Positions 39,278 to 48,555 of a DNA stretch of 64,000 nucleotides are shown one piece after another. Within the stretch, counting starts at the first letter, position 1. Every line of letters starts with the position of its first letter. The stretch lies in NCBI GenBank assembly GCA_963826115.1, contig CAWGVS010000006.1, positions 800,001 to 864,000 of the forward strand. The letters are read 5' to 3'. The notes below the pieces were generated by a model, which had not been told where the DNA came from, did no database searches, and worked only from the letters and a program-made list of their open reading frames with translations. Both the position numbers and the translations under genes were made by a program. The stretch is from an uncultured Candidatus Rokubacteria bacterium. Lineage in GTDB: Bacteria; Methylomirabilota; Methylomirabilia; Rokubacteriales; DASRDR01.

Positions 39278-40186
39278 TCAATCGGTCCGGAGCCAGCCGG
39301 ACAGGTCGCGTCCGATGAGGTCCTGGAGCTTCAGGATGTCCTCGCGGTAGACGCCGACCAGGCGCGCTCGCGCGCCGGGGGGAAGCCGCGCCGAACCCTC
39401 GTTCGCGCTCAGCAGGGACCGCACGACTCGCCGGCGCATCGAGAGCGGGACGAGCGGCCGCACGATCGACTTGAGCGCGTTCGGCCGGCTCAGAAACCGC
39501 TGGAGCCCGGCGCTCCGAGGCGGCGCCGAGGGATTGAAGCGCCGGGCCGTATCGACGACGACGCGGCTGTCGACGCCGAGGAACTCGAAGACGTCGCGGA
39601 CGACTCCCGGCGTGTTGTCCGCCAGATCCTCGTGAAGGAAGAGGCGGATCCGGCTCCGGTCGAAGACACGGAAGTAGCGCTCGAGCTGGCGATGGTAGAA
39701 CCCAGCGGCGACGTACCGCCAGAGCCAGTCCCAGCGCTCGCGGGCCCGCTTCTCCTCCTCGGCCAGAGCCCGGGTGAAGTCGGGGATCGGCTCCCGGCCC
39801 GACCGGATCAGGTGCCGGAAGCTCGCGTAGGCGCGCTCACTGGGATCGCGGAGGATCGCGACGAGCCGGGCGCCGGGGATAGCGTCGCGGATGCGTCGCG
39901 GGGCGTCCTCGCTCAGGAGGTACCAGGCCGACGCCTCGCCGACCGCGCGGTGCTCCGGGCCCGCGCCGGCGAACAGCGCCCGGTACGCGTCGGGGTCCGC
40001 GGTCATGCCGGCCGTGGCGGCGCCGTCGCCCGGCCCGCGGAAGTCGACGCGCTCGCCCTCGAGGGCGAAGAAAGCCGGCTCCTTCACGGGGCTCATGAAG
40101 ATCTGCGGGTGGCCGCGCAGGTACTCGTAGAGCGAGGTGGTGCCGCTGCTCATGGCGCCGATGACGAGGAAGTTCGGCAGCGTCAT
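39278..40186 (-). CDS. Sulfotransferase family protein
   Basis: LPNFLVIGAMSSGTTSL..HPQI..KEP, GEASAWY, ILRDPSERAYAS. Confidence 0.88.
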   Translation of the reverse strand: MTLPNFLVIGAMSSGTTSLYEYLRGHPQIFMSPVKEPAFFALEGERVDFRGPGDGAATAGMTADPDAYRALFAGAGPEHRAVGEASAWYLLSEDAPRRIRDAIPGARLVAILRDPSERAYASFRHLIRSGREPIPDFTRALAEEEKRARERWDWLWRYVAAGFYHRQLERYFRVFDRSRIRLFLHEDLADNTPGVVRDVFEFLGVDSRVVVDTARRFNPSAPPRSAGLQRFLSRPNALKSIVRPLVPLSMRRRVVRSLLSANEGSARLPPGARARLVGVYREDILKLQDLIGRDLSGWLRTD

Positions 40187-40283
40187 GTCGAATCGCGACG
40201 CGCCCGGCCTCGGGCCTCGCCCGACCGGCCGGTGAGGCGGGCTCCGGGCATCATGGTCGGAGCCGGCTCGCCGCGCGGAGGGC

Positions 40284-41387
40284 TCAGCGGATGCTGAAGA
40301 GCGGCGTGAGCGCCTTCTCGTCCACCGTGATCCCGAGGCCGGGGCGCCGCGACACCTCCGCCCAGCCGTCCTTCGGCTCGGGCGTGCCCTCGGCGATGCG
40401 CTCGTTGACGAGCATGTTGATCAGCATGCCGTTCAGGAGCGACTTCGCGGGCGTGCTGGCGGCGAGGTGGGCCATCGCCGCGGTGACGATGTCACCGCCT
40501 CCCGAGTCCTCCATGGTCACCGAGAGGCCCCACTGACGGCAGACGTCGCGGGCGAGCCGGATCCGGCTGATGCCGCCGAAGCGCGACAGCTTGAGCATCG
40601 CGCAGTCCATCGCGCGCGCCGACTGGGCGGTGAACAGGGCGTCGAGGTCGGTCAGCGTCTCGTCGAGGATCATCGGCCGCGCGGTGCGGCGGCGAATCGC
40701 GAGACACTCCTCGAGGGTGCGGCACGGCTGCTCGAGGTAGATCGGCTCGTCCTCGAGCGCGGCGATGAACTGGGCGGCCTCGTGCTGCTTCCAGTAGGCG
40801 TTGGCGTCGCAGATCACCACCTCCTGGTCGCGCAGGACGTCGAGGCACGCGCGCGCGCGCTTGACGTCCTCCTGCCAGTGCCCGCTGCCCACCTTCACCT
40901 GGAAGCGGCGGAAGCCCTGCTTGAGGAGCGCCTCGGCGTGGGCGCGCATCTTCTCCGGCCGATCCACGCCCACGACGTTGTAGAGGGGGAACCGCGGCTG
41001 GACCGTTCCCCCGAGGAGATCGCTGATCGGGAGACCGGTCGCCTGACCCAGGATGTCCCAGCAGGCGATGTCGATCGGCGACTTGGCGTAGGCGTGGCCG
41101 TACAGGACGGAGTCCATTCGCGCGTAGACGTCCTCGACCTGCCGCGGGTCCGCACCGATCAGGGCCGGCCCCATGAGCTGGATGCCGGCCCGCGCGCCCT
41201 CGGCGAACGCCAGCATGTAGGTCGGGCTGAACGGGCACTCCTCGCCCCAGCCCACCAGCCCCGCGTCGGTCGTGATCTTGACCAGCGTGGCGTGCTCGGC
41301 GCTCACCGTGCGGCCGCCGGACAGCGTCAGCGTGCCGCCGGGGATGGTGTAGTCGAAGCCGAAGACATCGATGCGCGCGATCTTCAC
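40284..41387 (-). CDS. Enolase-superfamily (mandelate racemase/MLE) enzyme, hydroxyproline/proline-betaine epimerase-dehydratase-like
   Basis: GWGEECP, AKSPIDIACWD, FQVKVG, DAN, EQP, LDE, LKLSRFGG, MED, PGLG. Confidence 0.85.
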   Translation of the reverse strand: MKIARIDVFGFDYTIPGGTLTLSGGRTVSAEHATLVKITTDAGLVGWGEECPFSPTYMLAFAEGARAGIQLMGPALIGADPRQVEDVYARMDSVLYGHAYAKSPIDIACWDILGQATGLPISDLLGGTVQPRFPLYNVVGVDRPEKMRAHAEALLKQGFRRFQVKVGSGHWQEDVKRARACLDVLRDQEVVICDANAYWKQHEAAQFIAALEDEPIYLEQPCRTLEECLAIRRRTARPMILDETLTDLDALFTAQSARAMDCAMLKLSRFGGISRIRLARDVCRQWGLSVTMEDSGGGDIVTAAMAHLAASTPAKSLLNGMLINMLVNERIAEGTPEPKDGWAEVSRRPGLGITVDEKALTPLFSIR

Positions 41388-41525
41388 GGGCCGCTTCCCT
41401 TCGGGGCCGGCGGTGCGTTGCGTCCAGCCCGCCCGAGCATCCGGGCAAAGGCCTGGCCCGTCAAGAGCCGGAGAGCCCGCCGGGCGGCGGCGCCGGCCGC
41501 CAGAGCCGGGTGGGATCCTCGCCGG

Positions 41526-41996
41526 TCAGGCCGCCCGATCGCCTTCGGACGCCTGGCGCTCCGGCGAACCGAGAATCGGCACCGCGCTCCGGACCGCCGC
41601 GTGGAGAAGGTCGAGGTCGAAGGGCTTCATGAAGGTCGCGACGACCCCGTGCTCGGCTGCCACCTCCTCGACCGGGCGCCCGGCGTACTCCTCGGCGCCG
41701 GTCATGACGATGACGGGCACGTCGGGATAGAGGCGGCGGAGCGCGCGGACCAGCCCGAAGCCGTCGAGGCGCGGCATCTCGACGTCCGTCACCACGACGT
41801 CCGGCACCCACGCCTCCGCCAGGGCGAGCGCTTCCTGGCCGTCCCCGGCAGCCAGGACTCGAAGCGAATCCTCGGCGAGGGACTCCCGGCAGAGCTCCCG
41901 GATGACCCGCTCGTTGTCCACGAGGAGCACGACGGGCGCGAAATCGAGGGACGAGCCACTGCGGACTGGAGACGTCCGCGGGACTGGCGGAGTCAT
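41526..41996 (-). CDS. Single-domain response regulator
   Basis: VLLVDNE, DVVVTDVEMPRLDG, VIVMTG, KPF. Confidence 0.9.
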   Translation of the reverse strand: MTPPVPRTSPVRSGSSLDFAPVVLLVDNERVIRELCRESLAEDSLRVLAAGDGQEALALAEAWVPDVVVTDVEMPRLDGFGLVRALRRLYPDVPVIVMTGAEEYAGRPVEEVAAEHGVVATFMKPFDLDLLHAAVRSAVPILGSPERQASEGDRAA

Positions 41997-42036
41997 CGCG
42001 CCTCCTCGCGTGAGGGTGGCGGATCGGGACGGAGCG

Positions 42037-42171
42037 TCACACGCACGCCGCGTGGCCGCAGCCGCAGGGCTCGTGCTGCCCGTGGAGCGCGTGGAGCCGC
42101 TCGCACTCCGGGCTGCAGAAGGGATGCCCGGCCTCGACCGGGCACTGGCACTCGGTGTGTCGACAGTTCAT
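42037..42171 (-). CDS. Metallothionein-like Cys/His-rich peptide (44 aa)
   Basis: MNCRHTECQCPVEAGHPFCSPECERLHALHGQHEPCGCGHAACV, with GGAGGAG 5 nt before the ATG. Confidence 0.7.
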   Translation of the reverse strand: MNCRHTECQCPVEAGHPFCSPECERLHALHGQHEPCGCGHAACV

Positions 42172-42226
42172 GGACACTCCTCCAGGCGGCGCTCGCGAGG
42201 GCCCCGCCCGCTGGCGCGCGATGGCG

Positions 42227-42535
42227 CTACGCCGTTTCGGATCGGGTCGCCGCCAGCGGCGTGACCTTGGGGTACCGGGGACCGACGGCCCGGAGTACGA
42301 CCTCCGCCGGGCGGCGGTCGCTGGCTCCGGCTGCGCCGAGACCACGGAGGGCGATCCCCTTCGACCGCAGCTGGGCGAGCGCCAGATCGGGTGAGGCGAC
42401 CCCCAGGCGCAGCGGGGTCATCTGCTCCACGAGGCGCGCCTTCTCCACGGCGAGCGCGTGCTGGCGCTCGGAGATCTCGGCGAGCCGGCGCTCGATCACC
42501 TCGACGAGGGCCTCGGCACGGGTCTGTGTCTCCAT
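42227..42535 (-). CDS. Hypothetical small coiled-coil protein (102 aa)
   Basis: GGAGG RBS before ATG 42535. METQTRAEALVEVIERRLAEISERQHALAVEKARLVEQ reads as a heptad-like helix. Confidence 0.6.
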   Translation of the reverse strand: METQTRAEALVEVIERRLAEISERQHALAVEKARLVEQMTPLRLGVASPDLALAQLRSKGIALRGLGAAGASDRRPAEVVLRAVGPRYPKVTPLAATRSETA

Positions 42536-42606
42536 GACGTCAACCTCCGTCGGCCGGCAGCGGCCGGTCGGACGCCCGGGCGCGGTCCGGGCAGGGAAGG
42601 CCGGGG

Positions 42607-43056
42607 TCACCACGCCGGAGGACAGGCGAGATGCCAGCGGGCGCTCTCGCGAACCACGACGGGGTCCTCGGCCAGGAGCGGACCCTCGCAGTACCCGCAG
42701 CGAGGGCCCGGCATCGACTGGACGCCGAGGGCCGTGAAGTACGCCCCGAGATGCGTCGCCCTGTCGACGAGCCGGCCCCGGAGGAGCGCCTCCAGCGCCG
42801 AGCGGAGGAGGTTCCGCACCCGGGTTCGGGCCACCGGGTCGCCGAGGGCGCGCTCCAGCGGCCGCCGGGGGAGAAGGACCGACGTCGACATCTCACGCGG
42901 CGCGTGGAGACTGATCGCGTACCGGTCCTCGGGGGCGAGGAGTGTGCACTCCAGGATGTCGGCCCGTCCACGGAGCTCCCGCAGGAGCGTCACGACCAGG
43001 AACAGGAGTGGCGCGGGATCGACGATGGAGCCGCGGGGCGACGATAGCGCGCTCAT
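42607..43056 (-). CDS. Hypothetical protein with C-terminal CxxC...HxxC motif
   Basis: AAGGAGG RBS. The protein ends RCGYCEGPLLAEDPVVVRESARWHLACPPAW. Confidence 0.6.
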   Translation of the reverse strand: MSALSSPRGSIVDPAPLLFLVVTLLRELRGRADILECTLLAPEDRYAISLHAPREMSTSVLLPRRPLERALGDPVARTRVRNLLRSALEALLRGRLVDRATHLGAYFTALGVQSMPGPRCGYCEGPLLAEDPVVVRESARWHLACPPAW

Positions 43057-43322
43057 GGGTCACGGTCCCTCCTTGCGCACGCGCTGCTCGGTGCAAGCTT
43101 CACGCCGCGGTCGTGCCGATGACGTGGGAGCATCACCGGCGATTGGGACGCACACGGAGCCGCGTCGAAGGCGACGGCGAGCGGGCTGGGGCCGCGCGAA
43201 ATCACGGCGGCCCGTCGTCATCCTGTCGCCGCGGCGTCACCCTGACGGCGCGCCACCCGGCGCAGGGAGACCTCCACGTCGCGCGGCGGGCCTGGCAACG
43301 CCCTTGCTCCTGGATCGCCACC

Positions 43323-44453
43323 ATGAAGGACGCCCCGGCCTCCGGATCCCTCGCGGCTGCGGAAGCGGCGTCGCTCCGGTACGTGAGCGACGGCGTCCCC
43401 GGGATCGCGCGCGTCCGGACCAGGCGGGGGTTCCGCTATCGGGCGCCCGACGGGACGCCGGTCCGCGACCTCGCGGCGCGCCGCCGGATCCGGGCCCTCG
43501 CGATCCCCCCAGCGTGGACGGAGGTCTGGATCTGCCCCTCGGCCCAAGGGCACATCCAGGCGGTGGGCCGGGACGCCCGGGGGCGGAAGCAGTACCGCTA
43601 CCACCCGCGCTGGCGGGAAACGCGGGACGCGACCAAGTACGGTCGCCTCCTTCTGTTCGCCGAGCGGCTGCCGGCCATCCGGCGGCGGGTTGCCGCGGAC
43701 CTCGCCCGGCCCGGGCTGCCTCGCGAGAAGGTTCTGGCGACGGTGGTGCGTCTCCTCGAGACATCCCTGATTCGCGTCGGCAACGCCGAGTACACGACAG
43801 CGAACGGCTCGTACGGCCTCACGACCCTCAGGAACCGGCACGTCCGGGTCGCCGGGGCGACCCTCCGCTTCGAGTTCCGCGGCAAGGGGGGCAAGCCGCA
43901 CGTCGTGGACGTGGCCGATCGGCGCCTGGCTCGGATCGTCCGGCAGTGCCAGGAGCTGCCCGGGCACGAGCTCTTCCAGTACGTGGACGGTGACGGCCAG
44001 ACGCACACCATCGCGTCGGGCGACGTGAATGCCTACCTCCGCGAGATCGGGGGGGAGGAGTTCACCGCCAAGGACTTCCGCACGTGGGCGGGCACGGTCC
44101 TGGCCGCGCGCGCGCTCCGGGATGAGGGGGCGGTCCCTGCGCGGGCCGCGATGCGGAAGGTCGCGGAAGCCATCCGGGCGGTGGCGACGCGACTCGGCAA
44201 CACGGCGACAGTGTGTCGCCGGTGCTACGTCCACCCCGGCGTCATCGAGGCCTATCTCGGGGGGACGCTCGGCCGGCCCGCCCGGGGCGCGAACCCCCGT
44301 GGTCTCGACGTGGACGAGCGCGCCGTCCTTCCACTCTTGCGGGCCTGCGCGCGCGGGGAGGCCAGGAACGGGGTCGGAGCTTCTCGGGTCGCTCGTCCGG
44401 TGTCGACGTCCTTGGCGGCGACAGAGGCTGGTAGAGGACGTCCCGGCTCCTGA
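43323..44453 (+). CDS. DNA topoisomerase IB (bacterial/poxvirus type)
   Basis: IPPAWTEVWI, GRDARGRKQYRYH, IRVGN.EY, FRGKGGK, AKDFRTW, LGNT, CYVHP (catalytic Tyr). Confidence 0.92.
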   Translation: MKDAPASGSLAAAEAASLRYVSDGVPGIARVRTRRGFRYRAPDGTPVRDLAARRRIRALAIPPAWTEVWICPSAQGHIQAVGRDARGRKQYRYHPRWRETRDATKYGRLLLFAERLPAIRRRVAADLARPGLPREKVLATVVRLLETSLIRVGNAEYTTANGSYGLTTLRNRHVRVAGATLRFEFRGKGGKPHVVDVADRRLARIVRQCQELPGHELFQYVDGDGQTHTIASGDVNAYLREIGGEEFTAKDFRTWAGTVLAARALRDEGAVPARAAMRKVAEAIRAVATRLGNTATVCRRCYVHPGVIEAYLGGTLGRPARGANPRGLDVDERAVLPLLRACARGEARNGVGASRVARPVSTSLAATEAGRGRPGS

Positions 44454-44778
44454 GATTGAGCCTGCTCCAGGGGCGCACCATGCTCCGGGTCGCGGCCGGC
44501 TGTCCGATGGTCGACCGGCTCAGCACTTCCGACGGCGAGACGCTCGGTGTCCCGGTCCCGGCGGGCGTGCGACCGTCATCATCCAGCGAGGGCTTAGCGA
44601 CTCGGGCGTGTAGCCATCGGGGCCCGGCCTGTGCGCGGCTCGTCGAGCGCGCCGCCGGCGCCGTCCGGGTGGAACGACCTCGGCGTCGCGATACCCGCTC
44701 GGGAAACGCCGGACATCCTCCGGAAAACATTGTTGAAACTGGGAGGCGTCGAAGCCTCGAGACTGTACCCGGCGACGG

Positions 44779-45510
44779 TCACCGGAGGTTGGACACCATC
44801 AAAGCGATGCCCGACCCGAGCAGCAGCCACAGGACCACCAACCGGAACTGCCGGTCGTTCACGCGGCCGTAGAGCCGGATGCCGAGGAACGCGCCGAGGA
44901 ACGTCGCCGGAAGACAGACGAGCGCGAAATTCCACACCTGGCGCGTGAGCACGCCCTGGGCCGCGTAGACGCAGAGGACTACGCCGAGGATCGCGAGGTT
45001 GAACGGCTGGTACACGCCGCGCTGCGTGTCGGCGCTCCAGCCCCGCAGCCCGCACCAGATGGTCGGCAGCGGACCGGAGAGACCCGCCACGCCGCCGAGC
45101 GCCCCGCCGCCGAAACCCACCAGGCCGTCCGCGACCTTCCCGCCGGCCGACACGGTCGGGAATCGCCGGAGCGCGAGGGTCAGCCCCGTGTAGCCCACCA
45201 GCAGCACGCCGAGGAACACCTTGAGCACCCGCGGCTCGACCATGCGGAGCGCGGCTACCCCGAGCGGCACGCCCAGCACGCCGCCGACCAGGAACGGCCA
45301 GGCGCGCGACCACGCCACGGCCCGCCGCACGGCATAGAGGGACTGGAGCTGCCCGGCCACCGAGCACACCACCACCAGCGCCGCGGCGACGGCCGGGCTC
45401 ACGACGTGGAGCCAGAGGCCGAGGGCGGTCAGGCCCGTGCCGAATCCGGCGAGTCCGGTGACGAAGCCCCCGCAGAGGGCGCCGAGGGCAAGGACCACGA
45501 GGGTGGTCAC
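44779..45510 (-). CDS. TauE/SafE sulfite exporter family membrane protein
   Basis: [23 protein letters not shown], about 8 TM helices. GTGA overlap with the upstream gene. Confidence 0.85.
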   Translation of the reverse strand: MTTLVVLALGALCGGFVTGLAGFGTGLTALGLWLHVVSPAVAAALVVVCSVAGQLQSLYAVRRAVAWSRAWPFLVGGVLGVPLGVAALRMVEPRVLKVFLGVLLVGYTGLTLALRRFPTVSAGGKVADGLVGFGGGALGGVAGLSGPLPTIWCGLRGWSADTQRGVYQPFNLAILGVVLCVYAAQGVLTRQVWNFALVCLPATFLGAFLGIRLYGRVNDRQFRLVVLWLLLGSGIALMVSNLR

Positions 45511-45965
45511 GAGCCGGGGGATCGGCGGGGCGCGAGCAGGCGGTCGAGCTGGTTCGCGAAGGCGCGCGTGTCGCTCGGGCTCCACGACGCCGGCCCGCCC
45601 GTCGGCACGCCGCTCGATCGGAGCTCGGCCATGAGGTTCCGCACCGCCAGCCGCTCGGGGATGCTCTCCGCGGTGTAGAGCATTCCACGCGGGTCGAGGG
45701 CGTGCGCGCCGCGCGCCACGACCTCGGCGGCGAGCGGGATGTCGGCCGTCACGACGATGTCGCCCGCCGCCACCTGGTCCACGATCTCGCGGTCGGCCAC
45801 GTCGAAGCCGCGCCGGACGCGCATGGTGCGGATCAGCGGCGACGCCGGCGTCTGGAGCGGCGTGTTGGCCACGAGGACCATCGGGGTCCGGGTGCGCTCC
45901 GCCGCGCGATACAGGATCTCCTTGATCGGTCGCGGACAGGCGTCGGCGTCGACCCAGATCTGCAC
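45507..45965 (-). CDS. YaiI/YqxD (UPF0178) protein
   Basis: [37 protein letters not shown]. Confidence 0.92.
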   Translation of the reverse strand: MQIWVDADACPRPIKEILYRAAERTRTPMVLVANTPLQTPASPLIRTMRVRRGFDVADREIVDQVAAGDIVVTADIPLAAEVVARGAHALDPRGMLYTAESIPERLAVRNLMAELRSSGVPTGGPASWSPSDTRAFANQLDRLLAPRRSPGS

Positions 45966-46000
45966 GCTAGCCCGGGGTCCGGCGTCTGCGCGGGCCGGGG

Positions 46001-46381
46001 TCAGCAGCGCGTGACGTGCGCCGACACGGCGAGCCAGCGGCCACCACGTCGCGCCCACACGTCCGTGTAGCGCCCGGCGCCGGCGCCGCCGTCCGGGCGG
46101 GTGTAGCTCGTGCGCGCGTGGATGATCGCGACGTCGCCCATGAGGCGGATCTGGACGTCGTGGGACTCGAGGTTCCGGATCGCCACGGGCCGCGCCGTCT
46201 GCTCGAGGAAGGCGCGGCGGCCGACGAGCGTGCCATCGGGGTTACTGCAGAGGAAGTCGTCGGACAGGATCTCGTCGAACCGGCGGACGTCCGAGGTCTG
46301 CACGGAGTGGATGTAGTCGCGGTTGAGGGTGAACAGGGTGTCGTGGTCGGACTTCGCGGCGACGGTCGTGCCGGTCTGCAT
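46001..46381 (-). CDS. NTF2-like DUF4440 protein
   Basis: LNRDYI.SV, ILSDDF..SNPDG, GRYTDVW, W.AVSAH. Confidence 0.85.
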   Translation of the reverse strand: MQTGTTVAAKSDHDTLFTLNRDYIHSVQTSDVRRFDEILSDDFLCSNPDGTLVGRRAFLEQTARPVAIRNLESHDVQIRLMGDVAIIHARTSYTRPDGGAGAGRYTDVWARRGGRWLAVSAHVTRC

Positions 46382-46428
46382 CGCATCTCTCCTTCCAGGC
46401 GCGGAGCGGGGGGTCGCGCCCCGTCCGT

Positions 46429-47511
46429 TCACCGTGCCGGGCTGACCAGGATCTTGAGGTGGTCCTGCCCCGGGGTCGTGAGGGCCTCGAAGCCGCCGCG
46501 CACGACCTCGGCGAGCGGGATGCGGGCGGTCACCAGCGGCAGCCCCCGGACGCGCCCGTCAGCGAGGAGGCGGACCGCGGCAGGGAGGTCCTCGTCGTAG
46601 TGGTGCTGGATCGTGCCGATCACGGTCTTCTCGCCGACTATGAGATCCAGGGTGTCGACCGGCACCTCGCCGCCGGTGAGGCCGATGAGTACGATCCGCC
46701 CGCCCTTCCTCGCCATGCGGATCGCGAGGCTCGCGGTGTCGGGGCGGCCCGCGCACTCGAACACGACGTCGGGGCCGAGGCCGCCGGCGAGCCGGCGGAG
46801 CTCCTCCATCCAGCCGGGGTCGGCGGGATCCAGCACGGCCTCCGCGCCCAGCTCGAGCGCGAGCGCGCGACGCGACGCGCGGGGCTCGACGAGGATGACC
46901 GCGCCGGCCCCGGCGGCCCGGCTCACCTGAAGGGTGAGGAGCCCGATCGGCCCTCCGCCCAGGATCCCCACGACGTCTCCCAGTCGCGGCGGCGCCTTGT
47001 TGACGGCGCGCACGGCGCACTCCGTCGGCTCGATCAGGGCGGCCTCGGCGTCGGAGAGGGAGTCCGGCAGCCGGGCGCAGGCGAAGGCCGGCACCGTCAC
47101 GTACTCGGCGAGCCCGCCGTCGGTGTGGAGGCCGATCGTCGCCCACTTCTCGCAGAGGGCGTACTGGTGGCGCCGGCAGAACTCGCAGGCGTTGCAGAAG
47201 AGCACGATGTCCGGCGCGACCCGGTCGCCTTCCCGGAGGCCGCGCACGCCCGGGCCGAGGGCGGCGACCACGCCGGTGAACTCGTGGCCCATCGTGAGCG
47301 GCGCCCGCCGGCCGGTCAGCGCGTGCGGCCGGTCGGCGGGAATGACCAGCGGGCCGTGGCGGTACTCCTCGAGGTCGGTCCCGCAGATCCCGCAGAAGCT
47401 GACCCGGAGGAGGATCTCGCCCTCACCGGGCGCCGGGACCGGCACGTCCTCGACCCGCACGTCGCGCCGGCCGTGCCACCGCGCGGCCTTCACGGGCGGC
47501 TTCCGCGGCAC
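46429..47511 (-). CDS. Zn-dependent alcohol dehydrogenase (2,3-butanediol dehydrogenase-like)
   Basis: CGICGTD, GHEF, structural Zn cysteines CNACEFC...C, GGGPIG. Confidence 0.9.
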   Translation of the reverse strand: MPRKPPVKAARWHGRRDVRVEDVPVPAPGEGEILLRVSFCGICGTDLEEYRHGPLVIPADRPHALTGRRAPLTMGHEFTGVVAALGPGVRGLREGDRVAPDIVLFCNACEFCRRHQYALCEKWATIGLHTDGGLAEYVTVPAFACARLPDSLSDAEAALIEPTECAVRAVNKAPPRLGDVVGILGGGPIGLLTLQVSRAAGAGAVILVEPRASRRALALELGAEAVLDPADPGWMEELRRLAGGLGPDVVFECAGRPDTASLAIRMARKGGRIVLIGLTGGEVPVDTLDLIVGEKTVIGTIQHHYDEDLPAAVRLLADGRVRGLPLVTARIPLAEVVRGGFEALTTPGQDHLKILVSPAR

Positions 47512-47559
47512 GCGCGCCGCCAGGCGTCGAACGCGCCGCTCACCGTGGCCTCGGCGCCG

Positions 47560-48132
47560 TCACGGGTGCTCGACACAGATCGCCCAGAAGGGCGCCGTGC
47601 CGATGTTCCGGATCTCGTGGACCATGACCTGGGGCGCCCAGTGGGCGCCGCCCGACGGGAACCGGTCCTCGCGGCTGTCGCCGCTCGGGAACCGCTGCAC
47701 GGCGTGGGCGCCCGTGAGCGGGATGATCAGCCGCGGCGCGTGGCTGTGCATCGGTCGCACGTGCCCCGGGCCCAGGATCTCCTCGTAGACGCAGACGCGG
47801 TCGTTCCGGAAGAGGGTCTTGTCGCCGAAGGTGCGCGCGACGCCGGGCGCGGATGGGAGCGTCCGAAGCTCCACGAGAAGGGCCTCGCCGAACCCCGGCC
47901 CGTGTACCTGGGCCGAGAGCTCGCCGCCCTCCAGCCAGTCGACGCGCCCGCGCGCGACCGGGAAGTAGCGCTCCCCGCCGCCGCCCAGGTGGAACAGCGA
48001 GCCGGTCCCGTCCTGGACGCCGACCAGCATCGCGGCGCCGTGGCGGGCGTGGCGGCCGCTGGCCGTCCCCGCCGAGGCGTCGTCGATCCGCGTCACGAGC
48101 ACCGCGTCGTTGTCGAGCACCGTGGGAAACAT
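47560..48132 (-). CDS. Cupin-domain protein
   Basis: LFRNDRVCV, PG...PMHSH, HEIRNIG. The N-terminal half resembles a degenerate second cupin. Confidence 0.7.
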   Translation of the reverse strand: MFPTVLDNDAVLVTRIDDASAGTASGRHARHGAAMLVGVQDGTGSLFHLGGGGERYFPVARGRVDWLEGGELSAQVHGPGFGEALLVELRTLPSAPGVARTFGDKTLFRNDRVCVYEEILGPGHVRPMHSHAPRLIIPLTGAHAVQRFPSGDSREDRFPSGGAHWAPQVMVHEIRNIGTAPFWAICVEHP

Positions 48133-48198
48133 GCGCCCTCCTCGTCCGGAACACTACCACCGACGGCGGCAGGGCGGGCGCCCCGCCGCGGCGTCCGC

Positions 48199-48555
48199 TC
48201 AACAGTCGAAGACGTGCTCGACCGTGACGCCGGCGCCCTCGACCGCGCGGATGGTCGCGGCGAGGTCCGCCACGGGGACGTCGAGACCGACGCGCCGCCG
48301 GCCTCCCCCGGCCTGGACGGGCTGCTCGAAGAGCGGGCGCGCGTCGGGGAGCGGCGGGAGCGGACCCTCGGGCGCGAGGACCGTGACCGGGATCCGGCCG
48401 TTCCCGGCGATCTCCGCGACGTCGCGGCCGCGGCGGGCGAGACCGACCAGGACCTCGGTGAAGGCCTGGTAGCGCGGCGTGAGGACGAGCGTCCGGGCGC
48501 CCCCGAGATCGCGGAGGATCTTGATGCGCGGGTCGGCGGCGCCGTCGGCGCCGTC
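48199..48555 (-). pseudogene. 5'-truncated remnant of a conserved hypothetical gene (absent from the ORF track)
   Basis: Manual translation gives LDGADGAADPRIKILRDLGGARTLVLTPRYQAFTEVLVGLARRGRDVAEIAGNGRIPVTVLAP...RRRVGLDVPVADLAATIRAVEGAGVTVEHVFDC*. GC3 is high and there is no start codon at its 5' end. Confidence 0.6.

Noticed and set aside
33147-40186. Conventional lasso peptide cluster
   Set aside because: No asparagine-synthetase-like cyclase or B2 protease is present in the window.
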